Shown here: piece after piece, positions 46,764-54,698 of the stretch
Position numbering within the stretch: the stretch's first letter is position 1
How the letters are laid out: every line of letters starts with the position of its first letter
Assembly (NCBI GenBank): GCA_937901475.1
Contig: CALGTL010000079.1
Location: 4,600-68,599, forward strand
Source of the DNA: an uncultured Dehalococcoidia bacterium
Lineage (GTDB): Bacteria; Chloroflexota; Dehalococcoidia; Lucifugimonadales; Australimonadaceae
Direction: 5' to 3'
Length of the DNA stretch: 64,000 nt
The notes under the pieces: model-generated
The model's input: only the letters and a program-made list of their open reading frames with translations
Databases searched by the model: none
Told to the model about the DNA's origin: nothing
Position numbers and translations under genes: made by a program

Positions 46764-47327
46764 ATGAGAACCGCCGTCATCCTTCTAGACATGGCCAAAG
46801 GCTACGGTTGGCAACCCGGTAGCTTTGGATACGACATGGTTGAACGAGTTCGTGAGCTCAAAGATGCAGCCTACGCCGCTGACGTCCAGGTGTTCCACGT
46901 CAATAGCATGCGCCGCCCCTCTGATGGACTTGGCCAAGTGCTGATGGGGGAAGGCAAAGAGGCACTCGACGTCATCGATGCCTTGCAGCCTATAGACAAA
47001 GACATCCTCGTTTACAAGCGCTACCTCAGCGGCTTCTCCTATAATGACCTTGAGTACATCTTGCGCAACTTGGGTATCGACACGGTCGTTATCGCAGGCG
47101 CATCTACCGACAACACTGTGCTCTGGACAGCCGCGGATGCCTTCCAGCTACGATTCAAAGTTGCTGTGCTCGACGATGCCACCATGGTCCATCGTGAGGG
47201 TGAGCCCCCCGAAGTGCAGACTTATGCTCTACGCATTGTGAGTAACGTACTGCACAGCGATGTTCTGTCGCTCGCAGACGCCATTCCCCAGTACATTAGC
47301 GCATCCGAGCGAACGCAAGCCAGCTAG
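46764..47327 (+). CDS. Isochorismatase-like hydrolase lacking the nucleophilic Cys
   Basis: 187 aa. It has the Asp (AVILLDM) and Lys (VYKRYLSGF) motifs. The G..T..CV block reads AGASTDNTVLWTAADA, with Thr at the Cys position. Confidence 0.75.
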   Translation: MRTAVILLDMAKGYGWQPGSFGYDMVERVRELKDAAYAADVQVFHVNSMRRPSDGLGQVLMGEGKEALDVIDALQPIDKDILVYKRYLSGFSYNDLEYILRNLGIDTVVIAGASTDNTVLWTAADAFQLRFKVAVLDDATMVHREGEPPEVQTYALRIVSNVLHSDVLSLADAIPQYISASERTQAS

Positions 47328-47400
47328 CAGATCAAGCACCATAGATAGCTCTATCCTCGCGCCCGATTCGTGCCGAAATACTAGAGTTGCTATGACTGGT

Positions 47401-48324
47401 TTAGGTCTTCAATCCTCGATACGTTGAGTTTTCGCCCTTGTATATGCCTCGTTCCCAAGTGCGCTTCAGCGAATCACTGACCGTTATGGAGAAACTGCCG
47501 ATCCCCTCGCCCTCGATAACGCACGTCTCGCCATCTTGTAGATTACCAAGGCCTTCGTGGTTCGTGCCGCAACTGAGGACATCACCAGAATTCATGGTCA
47601 TAATGCCAGTGGAGAACTCTACCAACTCGGGAACCTGGTGCTCCATATCGTCCGTGTTGTAGTCGTGTCGTAGCTGGTTATCGTTCCAGAACTGGATATG
47701 GATATTGTTTGGCTGCGTGATTTCGTCCGCAGTCACGATGCATGGCCCCATCGGTGCGAAAGTATCGAACGACTTCCCCATCCAGCTTCCCTGCCTCCAG
47801 GTGCTGCGAGCCTTCTCGCGGGCTGATACATCGATCATCAATGTGTAGCCGAAGACCGCACTCTTCCAATTGTCCTGAGTCACGTCTTTCGAGGGGCCCT
47901 TGAACACGAGAGCTAATTCAGCCTCGTGCTGATAGGTATAAGGATCTGTCCACTCAGGCAGCCGTACTGTGTCACCTGGGCCCGCGATAGCGTCTGGCGA
48001 CTTCAGGAACATGTTCAGGTTGCGCGGGTCGCGCTCTAGCTGAGCGTGTTCCCAGTAGTTTCCGATGCAACATAGAATTTTCGAAGGCCGTGGCAGGGGC
48101 GCGCGAAGCTTCACAGTGCCGAGAGAGAGAACTGGCCCAGCGGTGACTGCTGCTTCAAGTGAAGACTGCAGCCTATCAAAATTATCGATCAGACTTTCCA
48201 TGAGCCGCTGAGGGGTATATGCCTCCAAACCGGCCGTCACTGCGCTGGCATCGACGACACCCTCGTCCGTCAATATTCCGGGCATGATTTGACCGGCAGC
48301 ATTTTCGAATCGAACAATCTTCAT
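47401..48324 (-). CDS. Fumarylacetoacetate hydrolase (FAH) family protein
   Basis: Start at ATG 48324 (MKIVRFENAAG), preceded by GGAGA. The C-terminal FAH domain has YQHEAELALV, DVSARE and GDVLSCGT. Confidence 0.85.
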   Translation of the reverse strand: MKIVRFENAAGQIMPGILTDEGVVDASAVTAGLEAYTPQRLMESLIDNFDRLQSSLEAAVTAGPVLSLGTVKLRAPLPRPSKILCCIGNYWEHAQLERDPRNLNMFLKSPDAIAGPGDTVRLPEWTDPYTYQHEAELALVFKGPSKDVTQDNWKSAVFGYTLMIDVSAREKARSTWRQGSWMGKSFDTFAPMGPCIVTADEITQPNNIHIQFWNDNQLRHDYNTDDMEHQVPELVEFSTGIMTMNSGDVLSCGTNHEGLGNLQDGETCVIEGEGIGSFSITVSDSLKRTWERGIYKGENSTYRGLKT

Positions 48325-48438
48325 AACGAGTCTCCGTGATGCATGGATGCGTTCGGCGGGGAGCATACACCACGGAGCGCAGACGAGAATGGGTTGCGTG
48401 GCCTATCCTGTCGCGCAACAAGCAGGGAGAGACAGTCC

Positions 48439-49401
48439 ATGGCAATCATCACATATGCAGTAGGTAGTTCCCACGGTCCTACAAATCGGACACCCCCCGA
48501 AGAATGGACGCGCCTCGGGGCAGGCGACCAAAACGATCCTCGATTCGACTTTGAGGCCCAGCTAGCGAAGGTACGCCCAGGCATGGAAGAGGAGCTGACC
48601 TTGGAGAAGCGCCAAGAGCGTGGCGCTGCCCTCAAGGTGGCGCTCGAGAAGCTGCGCGAGTCAGTAGCGGCTGCGAATGTCGACATCATGGTCGTCGTCA
48701 GCAACGTTCACCGCATTTGGCCCGATGACTCCCAACCGGTCTTCGGTGTGATGCGGTCTGAAGTCCTCCCCGTGACCGTACCCAACAACCAACCATTCAA
48801 CCCTGAAGATCGCTTCAAAGAGCGTGGGTCACGACCCAAGCCGAAGACGACCAATAAAGCAGGGCACCCTGATTTGGCCAACCACCTCATCACCGGACTC
48901 ATTGAGCGCGGGTTCGACATTGCGTGCAAGGATGGGTTACGCGAAGGCGAGGCCATAGATGAGGCGTTCGGCTTTGTGTACGACCTTTTGCCAGAGGGCT
49001 CGGTAACACCCGTGGTGCCATTCATGCTAAGTCGGTATTTGCCATATCAAGCCAGTGCGGAGCGTTGCGTTGCGCTCGGCACAGCGCTGCGTGAGACGGT
49101 CGAGACTTGGGATTCCTCACTGCATGTAGGGCTCATGGCATCCGGTGGACTAAGCCACCAAGTTATTGATGAGGAACTCGACGCGCGTGTTGTTGCGGCG
49201 CTGACTACGGGGAACCTTGTCGACTTGGCCAAACTCCCTCGTGAGCGACTCAACGGTGCGCCTGGCACACCGGAGATTTTAAACTGGATCACGGTCGCCG
49301 CTGCGATGGCCCCCACAAAGATGACTCTGGTCGACTATGTACCGGCGTTTCGGTCACTGGCGGGCACTGGGCACGGACTTGCCTATGGAATTTGGGATTA
49401 G
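48439..49401 (+). CDS. Class III (LigB-type) extradiol ring-cleavage dioxygenase, paralogue 2
   Basis: Start at ATG 48439 (MAIITYAVGSSHGP), preceded by GGGAGA. It has MASGGLSHQV and the same C-terminal KMTLVDYVP..R...GTG block as paralogue 1. Confidence 0.75.
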   Translation: MAIITYAVGSSHGPTNRTPPEEWTRLGAGDQNDPRFDFEAQLAKVRPGMEEELTLEKRQERGAALKVALEKLRESVAAANVDIMVVVSNVHRIWPDDSQPVFGVMRSEVLPVTVPNNQPFNPEDRFKERGSRPKPKTTNKAGHPDLANHLITGLIERGFDIACKDGLREGEAIDEAFGFVYDLLPEGSVTPVVPFMLSRYLPYQASAERCVALGTALRETVETWDSSLHVGLMASGGLSHQVIDEELDARVVAALTTGNLVDLAKLPRERLNGAPGTPEILNWITVAAAMAPTKMTLVDYVPAFRSLAGTGHGLAYGIWD

Positions 49402-49628
49402 GCCGGACTTCAAAAATTGTCTCCACTCCTTTTTGATTTACCTTGTTTGTGCTGCCACTTCAGTTCGGATTACTGGCGAGGGTTAACTCATACATTAGGA
49501 AATTAGAGAGATACGCTTGCCGTGACAACACACGCATCTGGCTGCTAGTCGTCGTCCTTGTGAATATACTGAGTCTGATTGCATATTTTCCACGGGTAGT
49601 ACCTTCAGTTTGATTGATACGTAGTAGC

Positions 49629-50987
49629 ATGCATGCTGTGGACTCAATCACCAAAGCAATCGCCTCGTACTCGGCCGGCTTGACCCACGCTGACCTTACG
49701 CCTGCCGCACTGCATGGAATCAAGCGACGGTTGGTTGATACCATGGGCTGTGCGCTTGGTGGGCTCAATGGCGCGCCCGTAACCATCGCGCGCCAAATCG
49801 CGGCCACTACCAGAGGTGAACCATCCGCGCGGGTTTTCTTCTCTGGTGAGCTAACCACGGTGGATACGGCGACCTTCGCCAATTCGTTGATGGTGCGCTA
49901 CCTTGATTTTAATGACACGTACATGGCCAAAGAAGGCGGTCACCCCAGCGACACTATTGCAGGCACGATCGCGATGGCAGACGGGGTTGGCCTGGCGGGC
50001 GCTGACGCTCTACTAGCCATGGTTGTGGCATTTGAAACCGTGTGTGCTCTTGCTGAGGTGGTGCACCTCGCGGCCCATGGAATTGACCATTCGCTGCACG
50101 TCGCTATCGGCTCTGCTGTGGGGGCTTCCAAGGTCATGGGCCTTGGTGAGGAGCAGACCGCCCACGCTATTGCGATGGCAACTGCGTCTAATGTTTCGCT
50201 CAAAGTTGCTCGCGATGGGCAACTGAGTATGTGGAAATCAGGTTCAGCGGCCAATGCGGCAAAGGGCGGCGTATTTTGTGCGCGTCTGGCTTCTATGGGA
50301 ATGACCGGTCCAAGTGAGGCGTTTACAGCCTCCGGTGGTCTGGCTGGTGTACTTGGTGAGATTCCTGACATGCCTCGATTCGGTGGTCGCGAACAGTCAT
50401 TTCACACCGATCGATCGAGCATAAAAGCATTCCCTGCGCAGTACAACGCTCAGTCGGCGATATGGGCAGCATTAGCTCTTCGTGACTTGCTCGATGGTCG
50501 CACTCCAGACGAAATCATAGTGACATCGTATGGCCACGCGGTCCGAAGCAGCGCCGACTCCACCAAATGGATTGTCCATGACCGTGAGACGGCTGACCAC
50601 AGCATCCCCTATCTTGTCGCTGTGGCATTGATAGATGGCGAAGTAACTCCCGCGCAATTCACCTATGAGCGCATCTCCAATCCTGATGTTCAGATGCTGC
50701 TACCACACATTAGCGTACGGGAAGACCCGTCGATGACAGCTGCATTCCCTGGAGCGCTGGCTGCACACATCTCCGCTTTCGCTGACGGACGCAAGTTCGA
50801 AGCCCTAGTGCCTAACGCTAAAGGCCACGAGCTGAATCCCCTGAGCGACGCTGAAATCGGAACGAAATTTAGATCACTGGCGCACAACGTCATGCCCACC
50901 GCTCGCATCGATAGCGTACTGGAACGTTTGTGGGCCTTTGAGGATGAGCCATCTGTGACAGCATGGGTTGAGTCTCTGCATGTGTAA
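49629..50987 (+). CDS. MmgE/PrpD family protein (2-methylcitrate dehydratase-like)
   Basis: 452 aa from ATG 49629. It has the N-terminal LTPAALHGIKRRLVDTMGCALGG and the two-domain PrpD-like length. Confidence 0.82.
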   Translation: MHAVDSITKAIASYSAGLTHADLTPAALHGIKRRLVDTMGCALGGLNGAPVTIARQIAATTRGEPSARVFFSGELTTVDTATFANSLMVRYLDFNDTYMAKEGGHPSDTIAGTIAMADGVGLAGADALLAMVVAFETVCALAEVVHLAAHGIDHSLHVAIGSAVGASKVMGLGEEQTAHAIAMATASNVSLKVARDGQLSMWKSGSAANAAKGGVFCARLASMGMTGPSEAFTASGGLAGVLGEIPDMPRFGGREQSFHTDRSSIKAFPAQYNAQSAIWAALALRDLLDGRTPDEIIVTSYGHAVRSSADSTKWIVHDRETADHSIPYLVAVALIDGEVTPAQFTYERISNPDVQMLLPHISVREDPSMTAAFPGALAAHISAFADGRKFEALVPNAKGHELNPLSDAEIGTKFRSLAHNVMPTARIDSVLERLWAFEDEPSVTAWVESLHV

Positions 50988-50996
50988 GCGATCCGT

Positions 50997-51389
50997 ATGA
51001 CTACATTCAACGACCAAGACGCAGTCCTCTTCGCCAACGCCGCTTTCTACCGAGCCGTTGAAAGCCTGAACGGTGATTTGCTGGAAGAAATTCTTGCTCG
51101 TCATGAGCCGGTGCGTGTTGTTCACCCTGGCTGGCCACTTATATCAGGCCGCGCCAACGTCAAAGCAAGCTGGGAGCGTATCTTTGACAACGCAGGTGTC
51201 ATGCAATTCACAATCGTCGACCCCGAAGCGCACTTGGACGGCGACTTCGCGTGGGTCACTTGTACGGAGAAATTAACGTCGGTGCAGAGCGGTCGAGTGG
51301 TCGAGGGACTCGTCGCCACGACGAATCTCTTCCGTCGTGAGAACGGCGATTGGCGCATTGCCCACCACCACGGTTCCCCGGTCATGTGA
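50997..51389 (+). CDS. SnoaL-like / NTF2-fold (DUF4440-type) protein
   Basis: 130 aa. Blocks ANAAFYRAVESLNGDLLEEIL, GDFAWVTC, NLFRRENGDWRIAHHH. It starts 9 nt after the PrpD-like gene. Confidence 0.7.
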   Translation: MTTFNDQDAVLFANAAFYRAVESLNGDLLEEILARHEPVRVVHPGWPLISGRANVKASWERIFDNAGVMQFTIVDPEAHLDGDFAWVTCTEKLTSVQSGRVVEGLVATTNLFRRENGDWRIAHHHGSPVM

Positions 51390-51472
51390 TCGCTTGCCTA
51401 CCATTCTTGAATTATCGTGAGTGATGTTGCGGGCGGAAATAGAACCAGAGCAAACAGGCAAGAGGGAAAGTG

Positions 51473-52402
51473 ATGAGAATCGGCGTAGGGGTAGGCAGTT
51501 TTGGTGGTGGTGATGGTGGAATCGATTCACAGGTTGAACAGACTGTGATTGCGGAGGCCGATGGCTTTCAAGCAGCGTGGTTCACACACATTCTCGGAGC
51601 TGACTCTTTAATCTCTGTGGCGTTGGCGGGCCAAGCCACATCGCGAATCGAATTGGTAACTGGCGTAATTCCAGTCTACTCACGTGAGCCATTGCTCATG
51701 GCACAGCAGGCGCTCACTGCACAATCCGTCGCTGATGGACGCTTGACGTTGGGTATCGGCTTGGCGCACCCCGAGACCGCGCCGCGCACGTGGAACCACT
51801 CCTACCAAAAGCCCGCGCAATTCATGTACGAGTACCTTGCTGTACTCCAACCGTTGCTTAATGAACAGACGGTTGAATTTCAAGGGGACATGATTTGTAC
51901 CAGCGCTTCGCTGGAGCTAGTAGGTGTCACTCCACCTTCGATTCTACTTGCGGCATTAGGGCCCCGAATGTTGCGTATGGCCGCGGAACTTGCTGACGGT
52001 ACGCTGCTCTGGGTAACAGGCCCCAAAACGATTCGCACACACATTGCGCCGAAGCTGGCTGAAGCTGCGAAAGCCTCAGGCCGCCCACGGTCGCGCATCA
52101 TTGCAGCGCTGCCAATTTGCGTGACGGATGAGCCAGACAAGGCACGTGAGCGCGTGGCCAAAGGGCTTGGGCGCTATGGCCGCCTAGTCAACTACCGCCG
52201 CATGCTAGACATTGAAGGAGTGGCAGGGCCGGAGGGAGTGGCCATTGTCGGCAATGAGGCTGAGGTCGAGGCCCAGCTTCGTGACTTGGCTGATGCCGGT
52301 ACGACTGACTTCTTTGCAGCCTTCACCACTCTTGCCGCCACCGACGACCAATCGATTCCTCGCACTCGGGAATTACTGAAGAGTCTCATTGGTAATATCT
52401 GA
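51473..52402 (+). CDS. LLM class (F420-dependent-type) oxidoreductase, paralogue 2
   Basis: ATG 51473 lies 6 nt after GAGGG. 309 aa. Blocks GFQAAWFTHILG, GRLTLGIGLAHPE and the C-terminal DAGTTDF. Confidence 0.8.
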   Translation: MRIGVGVGSFGGGDGGIDSQVEQTVIAEADGFQAAWFTHILGADSLISVALAGQATSRIELVTGVIPVYSREPLLMAQQALTAQSVADGRLTLGIGLAHPETAPRTWNHSYQKPAQFMYEYLAVLQPLLNEQTVEFQGDMICTSASLELVGVTPPSILLAALGPRMLRMAAELADGTLLWVTGPKTIRTHIAPKLAEAAKASGRPRSRIIAALPICVTDEPDKARERVAKGLGRYGRLVNYRRMLDIEGVAGPEGVAIVGNEAEVEAQLRDLADAGTTDFFAAFTTLAATDDQSIPRTRELLKSLIGNI

Positions 52403-52420
52403 TTGACAGCCTCCCGCTGT

Positions 52421-53371
52421 CTAGAGCACGCCTATCTCTTGATAGTAGCGCTTGGCCCCCACGTGCAGCGGCGCGCCGACAATGCTCTCATCCCATTGGC
52501 GCTCGATTTGGCTAGTCAACGACGACCAATGCGATAGCTGAGTTAGAGGTAGCTTGCCATCCGGCCCGTATGCTAGTTGGATTGATGTCAGTTCGATGTC
52601 ACGCTTGTTGAGATCGATTGCCTTTGCCAGGTTGTAGGCGATATCGTCATCAAGGTCTTCATTACATGTCAGAACGATATGCGAATCGTCGAGCGCATTC
52701 AGCGTGTGGTCGATGCCCATGAGAAACCCTGCTGGTGTCAAATTGCGACGCAACCCCTTGCTCTCTAGTGACTGCATCACGGGCTCACTGATGTCCAAGA
52801 AATGGTAACCGTGGGCGGCTACCCATTCCCAGGCAGAGAAATCAAAAGCTGAACCGTCACCGAATAGCGCATCGAGTTCGCCTCGGTCGTGGCGAGACTG
52901 GGCTTCGGCCGCAGTGTGCTCGACACTCGTTACGGTTCCACCCCAACTGACGATGTCGTCATAAGAGAAACCGTACTCGTTGAGCACCATGGGTGCGGCT
53001 CGCCCACCTATCTTCAGCGCTGGTTTCATGCGAGCGATGTCCTCGAATGACGTGATACCAGTTGATGAAGCAACAGCGAACAAGAACCGGTCTTCCTGTG
53101 GCAGCCAGGCAATAGACCGCATCCATGAGTCTGGTTTGTCGCCTGAGAAATAGCCTTTTCCTGTGTATCGATGCTCATTGTTCACCGACTTCAGGAAAGC
53201 CACATCAATCTGTCCCTTGGCCAACTGACTCAGCCCACCTGGCCCCGTAATGACCACAGTGGCGTCAATAGGAACTAGCGCGGCAAGGCCTCGGCCTATA
53301 GCTTGAGTCAACCGCAATTGGGTCGACCAAGATGAACCGAATCGGATGGCTTTGCGAGGGGCCTGCGTCAT
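52421..53371 (-). CDS. TAXI-family (TRAP-associated) solute-binding-protein-like protein without signal peptide
   Basis: Start at ATG 53371, 7 nt after AGGAG. The C-terminal PLHVGAKRYYQEIGVL matches the TAXI hallmark (PLHPGA.KYY.E.G). The N-terminus MTQAPRKAIRFGSS has no hydrophobic leader. Confidence 0.55.
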   Translation of the reverse strand: MTQAPRKAIRFGSSWSTQLRLTQAIGRGLAALVPIDATVVITGPGGLSQLAKGQIDVAFLKSVNNEHRYTGKGYFSGDKPDSWMRSIAWLPQEDRFLFAVASSTGITSFEDIARMKPALKIGGRAAPMVLNEYGFSYDDIVSWGGTVTSVEHTAAEAQSRHDRGELDALFGDGSAFDFSAWEWVAAHGYHFLDISEPVMQSLESKGLRRNLTPAGFLMGIDHTLNALDDSHIVLTCNEDLDDDIAYNLAKAIDLNKRDIELTSIQLAYGPDGKLPLTQLSHWSSLTSQIERQWDESIVGAPLHVGAKRYYQEIGVL

Positions 53372-53504
53372 AAGAGCGCTCCTGAGCATATTTTCCAACT
53401 AGGATAGCGCGGTATTGCAATGGTGGTAGGCTTCAGGCATATACTTCGAATCAACTGATTTAGCAACTCCGCGTCGCGGGTTTGCTATTCCCAAGGAGAG
53501 AATC

Positions 53505-53879
53505 ATGTTGCACTTAGACCACACGATTGTTCCCGCTCACGACCAAGATGAGTCAGCGCGTTTCATAGCTCGTATGCTAGGGCTGACTTTCGATGGCCGC
53601 TGGGGTCATTTTTCGCCGGTTCACGTCGACGAGCACTTGTCGCTGGACTTCGATACTCGGCCAGGGGATTTCAAACACAGTCACTACGCCTTCCTCGCAT
53701 CCGACGAAGAGTTTGATGCGATTCTGGACCGAGTGAAGGCTGAGGGAATACCGTTCGGCAGTGGGCCTCGTATTCAGGATGACATGGAGATCAACCACGA
53801 ACACCAAGGGCGCGGGTTCTACTTCCGCGATACCAACGACGGCCATAGCTGGGAAATCATCACACACACCTATGTCTAG
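53505..53879 (+). CDS. VOC (glyoxalase/bleomycin resistance) family protein
   Basis: 124 aa. Blocks LDHTIVPA, ARFIARMLGL, SHYAFL and FYFRDTNDGHSWEI. AAGGAGA lies 5 nt before the ATG. Confidence 0.8.
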   Translation: MLHLDHTIVPAHDQDESARFIARMLGLTFDGRWGHFSPVHVDEHLSLDFDTRPGDFKHSHYAFLASDEEFDAILDRVKAEGIPFGSGPRIQDDMEINHEHQGRGFYFRDTNDGHSWEIITHTYV

Positions 53880-53900
53880 GTCTGAGTGAACCGTTAACGA

Positions 53901-54632
53901 CTAGCGCGCGATGGACGGCTGGGCAGATGTTTTGAGATACTCCAGTGCTTCTCCCTGAGACATCACACGTCCATACTTGGCATGAACATCCATCAAGCTG
54001 ACCTTGTGGCTGATTTCGAAGCGGTCGAAGGTGCCCTCCTCAACTATGGCTACGTGAAGGTTGTAATTAGACGCCTCAACCGCCGTTGCCCTAACGCACC
54101 CACTGGTAGTGGTGCCGCATAGAATCACAGTATCAACGGCTAGGTCGATGAGCTGGCTAACCAAAGGGGTTCCCAGGAACACACTAGCTCCTGTTTTCTC
54201 AATCAGGAAGTCTCCGGGCTGCATGCCAAGCTCTTCAACAATTTTGTTGCCGTCGATCTGCTTCTGGATCTCAGCATCGGTTTTGGCTGTCTTGGGTGGT
54301 TTACCTGGATCCTGCCCCCAACCGATACCACGCTCTACGGAGCCACGGTTGTAGGGAGTACTAATCGCGGTGCTGTAGAAGATAGGCACGCCCATATCAC
54401 GTGCGCTGTCGGTTAGTTCACGGATATGGGGAATAGCCTTCCAGCCGATCTCACCACACGACGTGCGGTATTCTTCGATTGCTCTTTCGATAGGCATGGG
54501 GTGTGACCCTATGAATGCATAGTTCACATCGATTACTACCACCGCTGGTCGATACCCCAGCTTGCGCTCGACGATAACTCGCTCGTAAAGATCCCTGTCT
54601 TGTCCAGTCAGCACGTCATCCCAAATTGCCAT
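53901..54632 (-). CDS. Isochorismatase family cysteine hydrolase (N-carbamoylsarcosine/maleamate amidase-like)
   Basis: Start at ATG 54632, preceded by AGGAG. Asp in AVVVIDVNYAF, Lys in IEKTGASVF, Cys in CGTTTSGCVRATAVEA. Confidence 0.8.
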   Translation of the reverse strand: MAIWDDVLTGQDRDLYERVIVERKLGYRPAVVVIDVNYAFIGSHPMPIERAIEEYRTSCGEIGWKAIPHIRELTDSARDMGVPIFYSTAISTPYNRGSVERGIGWGQDPGKPPKTAKTDAEIQKQIDGNKIVEELGMQPGDFLIEKTGASVFLGTPLVSQLIDLAVDTVILCGTTTSGCVRATAVEASNYNLHVAIVEEGTFDRFEISHKVSLMDVHAKYGRVMSQGEALEYLKTSAQPSIAR

Positions 54633-54698
54633 CTCGAATCTCCTGCGCTTTGCAATTTCGTCGTGAGCTAGATCCCTCACCCGGCCAAAATGTCCCTG

